Below are positions 1-7,567 of a stretch of DNA of 30,821 nt, piece after piece. Numbering within the stretch: the first letter of the stretch is position 1; the number at the start of each line of letters is the position of its first letter. Source of the DNA: an uncultured archaeon (lineage in GTDB: Archaea; Asgardarchaeota; Thorarchaeia; Thorarchaeales; Thorarchaeaceae); contig CAZSWP010000043.1 in NCBI GenBank assembly GCA_964610875.1, positions 1-30,821 of the forward strand, in the 5' to 3' direction. Both the position numbers and the translations under genes were made by a program. Under the pieces are notes generated by a model. That model saw only the letters and a program-made list of their open reading frames with translations, ran no database searches and was not told the DNA's origin.

Positions 1-1
1 A

Positions 2-283
2 TCATGTGACGTGGCCAATTCGCCTCTAAATTCTTGTATTATTCTACAGAGCCCAATCCTTGGGTATACCATTGAAATTCTCACACTCGTCATTCTAGGA
101 ATTCTTGGGGTCTATGGTATTGCTAGCACGGCTGTACTAGTTATAAATCGTGGAAAAAAGGATGAAGATCTAGATTATTATCGTAAAGAGATCATCGATG
201 CTGCAAAAGGATGGTACATTGGAGCGGGAGCTGGTTTAGCTTTATCAATAACATATGTTATTCAGCAAATCTTAATGAGTTAG
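2..283 (+). CDS. Hypothetical membrane protein, probably the C-terminal part (frame is open to the window edge)
   Basis: Two hydrophobic segments separated by a charged loop; no in-frame stop upstream of the GTG at 11. Confidence 0.55.
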   Translation, partial: SCDVANSPLNSCIILQSPILGYTIEILTLVILGILGVYGIASTAVLVINRGKKDEDLDYYRKEIIDAAKGWYIGAGAGLALSITYVIQQILMS

Positions 284-339
284 AAAATGAAACGGGTTGA
301 TATAGAACGCTTCAACTCATTTCTCGAATAGTTCACAGA

Positions 340-602
340 TGTCATTTCTACTTAGCAAATCAATAACCAGTACATCGATATCAATTCAAACTCTATATCA
401 GCAGGTCCCCGATTCCAGTGGGGTTCAATTACTCTAAGTGATTTGAACCAAAAAGCGCTCGCTGTTCTGAAACTCGTTTAGGTGATAGACATATCTCTGG
501 GTCAACATCTATGATATCACTGATTCTCTCTATTTGCATGGTCCACTAAAAGGCGATATCTTCAAAGGGATCCCTTATCCTTTTGGGTGACACGGGATTC
601 AT
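340..602 (-). pseudogene. Degraded remnant of a P-type cation ATPase N-terminus
   Basis: GAGGTGA RBS, then MNPVSPKRIRDPFEDIAF*WTMQIERISDIIDVDPEICLSPKRVSEQRALFGSNHLE*LNPTGIGDLLI*; resembles the Cation_ATPase_N GLS...R..FGxN motif; stops at 546-548, 429-431 and 393-395. Confidence 0.4.
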
Positions 603-960
603 CTCATCACCTCTCAAACTAGTAGATCGATATTTTCCGCATTTCGTTTATCACTCCTATACCTCTTCAAGATATGCATAATGACTCCTGATTTTTCCTC
701 CCACAAATCTTATTCTCATAATTCGGAAAGTCTACTCTTTTTTGAAAACGCATATCCAATAGGAATCCAGAGAGGAATTGAAAATGATTTTGAAAATGTG
801 TAGCGTTAATGATAAAAAATCAAAAAGAAGATAGTGCGATTAACAAAAAAGCAGATTCCTCTCACAATGAACCCAATAGACAATCTTATTGTGTTATCAA
901 GCCAAGGTCTAAACTGACATTGATTTAATAAAAAAAAATACGAGACCTATCAAGAGAATA

Positions 961-1107
961 CTATTGCCCTTTAAGGTCCCTAATCTCATCTTTGATACAT
1001 CCCAAACGATGGATGATCTCAGACAAGCATTCCTCTAAATGAACTATTTGTTCTTCTCGATCCATCTCCTTGTGGTGTTCACCACTTTCGCATTTACATC
1101 GTGTCAT
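961..1107 (-). CDS. Small 48-aa Cys/His-rich coiled-coil protein (below the ORF-track cutoff)
   Basis: MTRCKCESGEHHKEMDREEQIVHLEECLSEIIHRLGCIKDEIRDLKGQ*; clear heptad pattern; divergent from the HxlR gene. Confidence 0.6.
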   Translation of the reverse strand: MTRCKCESGEHHKEMDREEQIVHLEECLSEIIHRLGCIKDEIRDLKGQ

Positions 1108-1156
1108 TGTTATCAATTCCATCTAAGGGTCAACTTGATATACCATATAACTTATC

Positions 1157-1175
1157 GCTACATCAGATGAAAGTA
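1157..1175. promoter_or_regulatory. Putative HxlR-family operator
   Basis: GCTACATCAGATGAAAGTA; 15/19 identical to the motif just upstream of the second HxlR paralog (28258-28276). Confidence 0.5.
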
Positions 1176-1193
1176 ACTACTGGTTGAGGAAGA

Positions 1194-1586
1194 ATGAACA
1201 ATCAAGAAGACTCGGAATCGCCATGTACACGACCCCTAGAAAGTGTTATCCGTTTGCTTGGTCGACAGTGGACAATCTCACTAATCTTATTGCTTGGAAA
1301 ATGGCATGAAAGCATAAGGTACTCAGTTATTAGAGATGAGCTTACTGAGGAATCAAATGACGTCATCAGCGATTCTACTCTCTCAAGGAAGTTGTCTGAA
1401 CTCACTAATTTAGGCATTGTAACGCGAAAAAGCTACGATGAGATTCCACCGAGAGTTGAGTATTCGCTTACTAATACAGGAATAACTCTGTATGATATTC
1501 TTAATCAAATAGCAGATTGGACACGAGAACAATGCCACAATGGAATGTTAAACATCACAAAAAGAAAAGCCCTAACGAACAAATGA
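1194..1586 (+). CDS. HxlR/DUF24-family winged-helix transcriptional regulator
   Basis: N-terminal Cys, LLGRQW, LSRKLSEL and RKSYDEIPPRVEYSLT signature. Confidence 0.92.
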   Translation: MNNQEDSESPCTRPLESVIRLLGRQWTISLILLLGKWHESIRYSVIRDELTEESNDVISDSTLSRKLSELTNLGIVTRKSYDEIPPRVEYSLTNTGITLYDILNQIADWTREQCHNGMLNITKRKALTNK

Positions 1587-1760
1587 AGTTAGAATATTAA
1601 TCAATTTTCATGGAAATCACCCAAGTGCAATAACATGCATGTGACACCCATTAGCTCTCGTCCCATATCTAGACCAATGATAAAAAGAAGAAATCCTAGA
1701 ATTAAAGTTAGCAAGTGCAATACCTTTTGATTTCAGAGGTCTGGAGAGATTTGTGATATT

Positions 1761-2060
1761 CTACTTCGATTTAACCTTTTTTTTGGCAACTTTACGAATT
1801 GTTTGTATGACCTGAAGTATTTCCGGACTACTTATGCTGTATATCTTCCTGACACCATCCCTCTTTACTTTTAATATGCCTGCTCTGACAAGTTGTGTAA
1901 GATATGAGGACACTGTAGATTGAGCAAGACCAATTTCAGGGAAAACATCGCATTGGCATAGCTCACTTTCAAGTAATAAATCGATGATTCTTAGTCGTTC
2001 ATTATTACTAAGAGCTTTGTGAAAGTTGGTTATCCATTCAGTTTGGTTATTGCTCATCAT
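1761..2060 (-). CDS. arsR: ArsR/SmtB-family repressor with an alpha3 CxC site
   Basis: KALSNNERLRII..ELCQCDV..LAQSTVSSYL..L..AG; CQCD resembles the ArsR CVCD As(III) site. Confidence 0.85.
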   Translation of the reverse strand: MMSNNQTEWITNFHKALSNNERLRIIDLLLESELCQCDVFPEIGLAQSTVSSYLTQLVRAGILKVKRDGVRKIYSISSPEILQVIQTIRKVAKKKVKSK

Positions 2061-2239
2061 CGGTATTGTTTCACTTCCTATGACTAAAGGAATATGAGAT
2101 AATAAAAACCATGCCTGAAATTGTTTTCATTATTTCTAGAATCTTAATCATATTCCGAAGGTTTTGTATTGTTACAGTTATGAATGTATATCTCGATAAA
2201 TCAATCTTTTCATTAAGATAGTTTTCATCCTCGATTCAA

Positions 2240-2641
2240 TTATTTGCTACTGACTCGTTTATACACCTTACCAGGTTTAATTGCCTCTGTCAACTCTGCA
2301 TATCCTCCATCAAGAATCCTCACAGACCTATAGCCTTCCTTCATCAAATAGACATAAGCAAGAGTAGACCTAAAATTGGATGAACAAAAAATTACAATGT
2401 TCTTATCTTCAGGAATCTCACTAATTCTCTGAGGAACTTCATTAACTGGGATATGCAGATATGCTATATTCTCAAAAATCTGCATTGGCATATTTAATAA
2501 GGCAAATTCCTCATTGGAACGAACATCTAAAAAGAGTACATCCTCAGTTCCAAACATATTCTCAGAATACAATTTGTGCTTGGATGTACCAAAGTATTCA
2601 AGCGTATGAAGTTTCAATATTTCTGCAAGTTCTTTTTTCAA
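2240..2641 (-). CDS. Single-domain rhodanese (sulfurtransferase)
   Basis: FLDVRSNEEF, active-site loop IFCSSNFRS, ILDGGY; start reassigned to TTG 2641 after an AAGGAGG RBS. Confidence 0.88.
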   Translation of the reverse strand: MKKELAEILKLHTLEYFGTSKHKLYSENMFGTEDVLFLDVRSNEEFALLNMPMQIFENIAYLHIPVNEVPQRISEIPEDKNIVIFCSSNFRSTLAYVYLMKEGYRSVRILDGGYAELTEAIKPGKVYKRVSSK

Positions 2642-2657
2642 TCGTTTTTCCTCCTTA

Positions 2658-3473
2658 CTAAGAAACAAAACCATAGGTGCTGATGAGGTTCAACAGTATC
2701 AACAGAGCGGCTAGCATATTACTTAGCGCAAATAGTTGCTTGAGGTTTTTTGGTCTTGATTTCAAAGCAAATCTACCTCCGAGAAATCCTCCTATCACTG
2801 CAAAAGTCATCAAAGGTAATCCTAAGAAGAGGTCGAAATGTCCCTGCAAAAAATGACCAAAGAAACCCATGAGTGCCGATACCGCAATCAACGGTGTGAC
2901 AATAGCTACACTAGATCTCATTGGTATATTGCATGCCACAACGAGCATTGGTACCAAGAATGAACCGCCTGATACACCAATCATTCCACTAAAGAAGCCT
3001 GTAAATAGTGAGATAGGCAAAACCAGCTTTAAATCGATTATAATTTCTCCATCAATTGAATCAATTCTCAATACTCCAAAATGGTTGTCCTCTAATTCTG
3101 CTTCTCGCTCAGAAAAAGGTACTATCATTATGATACCAGAAAGAACAAGCAGCCCGGCGAAAATCAACTTGAGTACAAACTCATCGAATAAATAGGAAAG
3201 AAAACCCCCTGTAAACGCTGAGACCGCAACCAGAACTCCTATGATAGATGCCAATTTCCAATTGATAGTTTTGTTTCGACCAAACACTATCATAGCCATA
3301 GATGCGGCAGCGAAGAGAATGAACTGCCCTATCGCAGCAGATTGGTGGATTGAAATTCCTGCAAAAATGAGTATCAAAACATAGAAATTTCCACCTCCTT
3401 TCCCAACCATCGTCATTGACACAGCTATTAAGAAGATCAAGAAATATAAAATAATATTCTCAATTGAAAACAT
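2658..3473 (-). CDS. TauE/SafE (TSUP) sulfite/sulfur-compound exporter
   Basis: About 8 TM helices, duplicated GxGGG motif (VGKGGGNF; IGVSGGSFLVP). Confidence 0.9.
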   Translation of the reverse strand: MFSIENIILYFLIFLIAVSMTMVGKGGGNFYVLILIFAGISIHQSAAIGQFILFAAASMAMIVFGRNKTINWKLASIIGVLVAVSAFTGGFLSYLFDEFVLKLIFAGLLVLSGIIMIVPFSEREAELEDNHFGVLRIDSIDGEIIIDLKLVLPISLFTGFFSGMIGVSGGSFLVPMLVVACNIPMRSSVAIVTPLIAVSALMGFFGHFLQGHFDLFLGLPLMTFAVIGGFLGGRFALKSRPKNLKQLFALSNMLAALLILLNLISTYGFVS

Positions 3474-3515
3474 GTTTCACCAGAGCACCATGATTTATTT
3501 TGTGTTGATGCACAT

Positions 3516-3548
3516 ATTATTAAATATTTAATAATTTGGATATATCCA
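3516..3548. promoter_or_regulatory. Two adjacent perfect palindromes upstream of the TSUP gene
   Basis: ATTATTAAATATTTAATAAT (3516-3535) and TGGATATATCCA (3537-3548). Confidence 0.45.
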
Positions 3549-3871
3549 TTTAAAGATCTTGAATTGATATGCTACTTCAGATGAATACAGAGAGATTGTG
3601 ATACCACAGGTACTCTCCAACAATTTCAAGACCAGCTTCATAGATGGTAAGTTACCAGCTGGCAAGATCATATAATTCTCAAAAAATGAAAATAATGATA
3701 TTGATAGACTAAAACTTTGATTCTATCCTATTATGGTAATTCTCAAAATCAGTCATCTAACTAACATGCATTCACCTACTGATTGTGCTTACAGATATTT
3801 GAAAATCGAAAACCAATTGATTAGTGGTAATCTTTCTCGATTTTTTTGCAGCTGTAGATGATTTCGATAAT

Positions 3872-4150
3872 TCATGATGCAATCTTAATACCTTGTTTCT
3901 CGATTTCCTTCAGGATAGCTCCTTCAATACTTGATTGTGTTGGATTGCTTCCGAGTGATCGTTCCCCGACGACAACACCTCGAAAACTGATATTGAATTG
4001 TTTGGCTAATTCACTTTCAGTTGAATACTCCTTGTAATCTATATATTCCCTATACTTCTTAACAGAACCATAGATACGCCCTAAAAAGGTGGTCTGACTG
4101 CAACCACATACTCCCACTGGCATGAACACTAAGAGTTGTACTTTCTCCAA
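3872..4150 (-). CDS. Small thioredoxin/ArsD-like protein with a GVCGC motif
   Basis: TTG start at 4150 after a GGAGGTG RBS; MEKVQLLVFMPVGVCGCS...; last gene of the operon. Confidence 0.7.
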   Translation of the reverse strand: MEKVQLLVFMPVGVCGCSQTTFLGRIYGSVKKYREYIDYKEYSTESELAKQFNISFRGVVVGERSLGSNPTQSSIEGAILKEIEKQGIKIAS

Positions 4151-4157
4151 TATATTT

Positions 4158-4565
4158 TCACCTCCATTCTTCTCTAAGTTTGTCAATTTGCTTTGCAATA
4201 TCCTTAGCAATTGTACTTACTATCTTTTTACTATCTTTAATTCTCCATCTCTCATCAGTCTTAACACATGACTCTTTCAGATAGTCTTCCACATTCATTT
4301 TTATAGAGGGTTCGCTGCTATACTTCGTTGTACCTTTTGCAGCGCAAAGCTTGCTACAACCATCAATTGTGATGGTAGGAAAGTTCTTTGCAAAATCACG
4401 CTCTCCTTGATCTCCTGCTAAGAATAGAGGGAGACATATTGTGACCGTATCATTTGGCTTGAGCTTATGTAGAACTTCAAGAGTTGCGGCACGAGAGATA
4501 TTCCCTCCATTACAAGCTTCACCACTACATGAAATCAAGCCAATTTTTGGTTTGAAAGTCATCAT
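4158..4565 (-). CDS. DGC-domain (putative zinc-binding) protein
   Basis: CSGEAC...TICL...IDGCSKLCA; ATGA overlap with the upstream gene. Confidence 0.88.
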   Translation of the reverse strand: MMTFKPKIGLISCSGEACNGGNISRAATLEVLHKLKPNDTVTICLPLFLAGDQGERDFAKNFPTITIDGCSKLCAAKGTTKYSSEPSIKMNVEDYLKESCVKTDERWRIKDSKKIVSTIAKDIAKQIDKLREEWR

Positions 4566-4954
4566 CTACCAGCTCCTGTACGATCTAAAATGAGATTCAT
4601 TATATCTCGTGCTAACAAGTGACCATTCTCGCCAATTTCTAGGATTGTTTCAGGTTTGTGTTCTTTGTTCTCAGCAAGAACTTTTGGGACAATTACCTCT
4701 AAAACAGGTTCGCCTCCTGCATATTTTACAAGCGCAGATGCACATTTTTTCGGACATCCGTCAATTGTGTAAACCTGCGATTCAGTCACAATTTGTTTTG
4801 ATTCTGCATCATCAGTCATCAATAATGGAAGACAGATTGTCACACACTCATCTGAGTATTCGCTGTCAGTTAAGAGATATGTTGCTTCTCTTGCTACAGT
4901 TCCAAATGCTTTCCCTATGCCACTACATGGAATAATTACCATCTTCATTTTCAT
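4562..4954 (-). CDS. DGC-domain (putative zinc-binding) protein
   Basis: IPCSG...TICL...IDGCPKKCA; ATGA overlap with the upstream gene. Confidence 0.88.
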   Translation of the reverse strand: MKMKMVIIPCSGIGKAFGTVAREATYLLTDSEYSDECVTICLPLLMTDDAESKQIVTESQVYTIDGCPKKCASALVKYAGGEPVLEVIVPKVLAENKEHKPETILEIGENGHLLARDIMNLILDRTGAGR

Positions 4955-5787
4955 TTCACCTTCTTTCCTATCTCTTCCTTTGCCTTTTCGATTGATTTTT
5001 CCAGATACTCAGATTCATCACTCAATAGTTCGAGTTCAGCAATATCATCCGGTTCAATTAGGTATATCCATCCTTTTTCATATGGGCTCTCATTGATGAA
5101 TTCAGGATTGTCTTCAAGTGATTTGTTGGATTCGATGATGGTTCCAGATACAGGTACTATTATTTCGATGAGGATTTTTGTTGACTCCATTGTACCAATA
5201 TCATCAAACATATCAACATGAGTACCCGGTTCGCCAAGCTCTACGAAGTACACGTCAGACATTATTTGTTGGAGGATATCAGAAACACCTACTCTTACAT
5301 ATTGGCCTTCTACTCGCACCCAGAAATCATTATCTGAATATTTGTGACCTTTGGCAACTCTAAGGGTAAACTTGTCAATCTTTTCTTCAATGTACTCAAT
5401 AGACTGCATTGATATCCCTAGATCTTGCTGTGATTCCTTTTCCATGGTTTCATCAAGAATTTGCGACAATGCGCCAACTACTTGTTTCACTTTCTTTTCA
5501 AAGTCCTCGTTTGAATTAGTAACTTCAGGTATGGGTACAATACTTGCCTTATCTTGTCCTTTTGAAGCAGCAAGTGCTGATGCACACTGTGTTCCACAAC
5601 CATCAAGACATATCACATCAGATGTTCTGAAGTCACTCATCTCGCCCGGTCGTTCTTTGTATAGAGCACCCATACTTCCTATGATGACATCATCACGAAT
5701 TCTTGCGAGTTCTTCTGCAGCAGCTCTTGACACGTTTCCACCTGGACGGTCATAACCTGCACAAGGTAAAACATATTTTTTTCTCAC
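4951..5787 (-). CDS. DGC domain fused to a glycine-cleavage H-like lipoyl carrier
   Basis: N-terminal LPCAG...LDGCGTQCA; C-terminal GcvH signatures WVRVEG..VRVGVSD, ESTK (Lys204), PVSG.I.E.N..L...PE.IN.SPY..GW; GTG start with GAGGTGA RBS. Confidence 0.88.
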   Translation of the reverse strand: MRKKYVLPCAGYDRPGGNVSRAAAEELARIRDDVIIGSMGALYKERPGEMSDFRTSDVICLDGCGTQCASALAASKGQDKASIVPIPEVTNSNEDFEKKVKQVVGALSQILDETMEKESQQDLGISMQSIEYIEEKIDKFTLRVAKGHKYSDNDFWVRVEGQYVRVGVSDILQQIMSDVYFVELGEPGTHVDMFDDIGTMESTKILIEIIVPVSGTIIESNKSLEDNPEFINESPYEKGWIYLIEPDDIAELELLSDESEYLEKSIEKAKEEIGKKVK

Positions 5788-5798
5788 TCTGAGTCACC

Positions 5799-6110
5799 TC
5801 ATTTCTTGGCTCGTTCTTCTTTGATGATCTTCAAGATGTCTGCTTTTGCAGGAAATGAGATTGCATCCTTTGGACACATTTTACTACATGCTGTACAAAA
5901 TACAACGCAATTGTATCGTTTCACAACTACAATTTTAGAAGTATCTTCTTGTGGTTCATATACCCTATGAGGACAGAACTTCAGACAATCATATTCTCCA
6001 TTACAACCATCACAGTTATCCACATCTATGAGCGGCCACCAGGGGATCTTCTCTCGATCCACGCCCATGAATGTGGTGCCAGGTCCCGACTCCTCATTCG
6101 ACATATCCAT
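5799..6110 (-). CDS. 2[4Fe-4S] ferredoxin-family protein
   Basis: CDGCNGEYDCLKFCP and CVVFCTACSKMCP motifs. Confidence 0.88.
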   Translation of the reverse strand: MDMSNEESGPGTTFMGVDREKIPWWPLIDVDNCDGCNGEYDCLKFCPHRVYEPQEDTSKIVVVKRYNCVVFCTACSKMCPKDAISFPAKADILKIIKEERAKK

Positions 6111-6465
6111 GTTTCTTTAGCTCCTCTGAAACCTTTTCCACAGCCTCATCGGTCGTTAGATCTCGTACATCAATCGGTACAAGATCCTTCTTCACATTTA
6201 GGCCCCTCTTCTCGAATGCATCACGAAAGAGCTTGTACTGCATTGCAGGAGCGCATCCACCAATGAACACTTTTTGTCCTGGTTGCAGTGTATCTTCAAG
6301 ATATGCATCTCCATCACTCTCACATAATTGAGGATGAATTATGCCATGTTTCACAGGAAGAATCATCCTCACTGTATTGATAAAATCCCAGATGTCCATC
6401 TTTTCAAAACCAGGACATTTACCAGTGCATACGCACATTATGAATGCAGGTTTGTCTGAAGTCAT
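6094..6465 (-). CDS. Stand-alone HdrA N-terminal-like (MvhD-fold) Cys-rich protein
   Basis: CVC...LC..DG...GGCAP....LFR...GLN.......R matches the HdrA N-domain pattern CHC...C..G...AACSP...FR...GLN...IRE; start ATG 6465 or TTG 6474. Confidence 0.7.
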   Translation of the reverse strand: MTSDKPAFIMCVCTGKCPGFEKMDIWDFINTVRMILPVKHGIIHPQLCESDGDAYLEDTLQPGQKVFIGGCAPAMQYKLFRDAFEKRGLNVKKDLVPIDVRDLTTDEAVEKVSEELKKHGYVE

Positions 6466-6486
6466 TAAACTCAATCCCTATACAAA

Positions 6487-6524
6487 ACATCGAACAATAT
6501 CGATATATCAATGTTTCTCTACAG
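6487..6524. promoter_or_regulatory. Tandem putative ArsR-type operators
   Basis: ACATCGAA-CAAT-ATCGATAT (6487-6506) and ATATCAAT-GTTT-CTCTACAG (6505-6524), variants of the acr3 operator. Confidence 0.6.
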
Positions 6525-7505
6525 TCATACTCGTCTTTGTTCTATTCGTGACAGCCATTTGTGAAAGCCAACTGCAGTGAGACTTTGTATGACGAATCCA
6601 ATTGCAATTGGAAATACGGTCAATGTCGCGAAAGAAGTGATTGCGACAGCCATAGCGATTGGGAGATTCTTCATCCCTGATGCATATGTCAATGCGATGC
6701 GAGTAGTTTTATTAAAGAAAGGACCAGTTATGAACCAAGCAAGGAAAAACAAGATGGGAAAGATGATTGCAGTTGAAACTAGAACGATTCCTGCTAATAA
6801 TGGGAACATAATAATGGTCGCAAATGAGCTGTTAATTGCCATGAACATAAGATACATTGCCATAATTCCTGATACTGCTGGAAAAACAGAGAGTTTCTCT
6901 TGCTTTTCCCTCTGAGTTCGAATCCTTAGAAGAATAGTTCTCTCTGCAATTGCTCTACAGAAAAGACCAAGCAGCAAGGGAATGAATAAAGTAAGTAGCA
7001 AATCAGTAAAGATCTGTTGGGTATTAATGATTACGACAGACCCAACTAACAGCCACATAAGCCATGGGATTAGAATGGGGGCTAGAAGCATTGTGCTTGC
7101 ATTGATAACAGCAGAAACAGAAATATCCCCGCTTAATAATCCTGTCCAAACTAAAGCCATTCCAGCACATGGTGTAACACCTATCAAAATCAACCCAATC
7201 ATAAGATCGGGTGAATCCTGTAGCAAGAGGTAAGCCACAGATAAGCAAATTAAGGGAGCAGTCACGAAATTAAGGGCTAACCCAAAGCCATTGCTTTTAA
7301 TATCCCTGAGTGCACCAATTAACTCTGGAGTTTGAATCATGAAGCTCATGGACCATATCATGAATCCAATGATTATAGGCGAAAAGCCCTTCATTGCAAC
7401 GCCAATTTGGGAAGTGAACAGACCAACGAAGAACCCCAGAACCATTGATAGGATAATTAGAAGAGAGTATTTTTCCTTGATTAACATTGCAGCTCGTATG
7501 AGCAT
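6525..7505 (-). CDS. Acr3-like / BASS-family secondary transporter
   Basis: About 10 TM helices; LNFVTAP, GVTPCAGMALVWT and GMKNLPIAMAVA motifs. Confidence 0.82.
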   Translation of the reverse strand: MLIRAAMLIKEKYSLLIILSMVLGFFVGLFTSQIGVAMKGFSPIIIGFMIWSMSFMIQTPELIGALRDIKSNGFGLALNFVTAPLICLSVAYLLLQDSPDLMIGLILIGVTPCAGMALVWTGLLSGDISVSAVINASTMLLAPILIPWLMWLLVGSVVIINTQQIFTDLLLTLFIPLLLGLFCRAIAERTILLRIRTQREKQEKLSVFPAVSGIMAMYLMFMAINSSFATIIMFPLLAGIVLVSTAIIFPILFFLAWFITGPFFNKTTRIALTYASGMKNLPIAMAVAITSFATLTVFPIAIGFVIQSLTAVGFHKWLSRIEQRRV

Positions 7506-7567
7506 TTGATGACCACCTTCTTGAGAATCATCAGTGTCATTTCTTTGTATTTATTCAACTACTGTTT

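Noticed and set aside
3575-3680. Minus-strand fragment YDLASW*LTIYEAGLEIVGEYLWYHNLSVFI* resembling a methyltransferase C-terminus
   Set aside because: Too short and interrupted to assign.
4951-5787. Calling the gene gcvH of a glycine cleavage system
   Set aside because: It is fused to a DGC domain and there is no gcvT, gcvP or lpd in the window.
6094-6474. Heterodisulfide reductase hdrA or a methanogenesis locus
   Set aside because: Only the ~120-aa N-terminal-like domain is present; there is no FAD domain and no hdrB/C.
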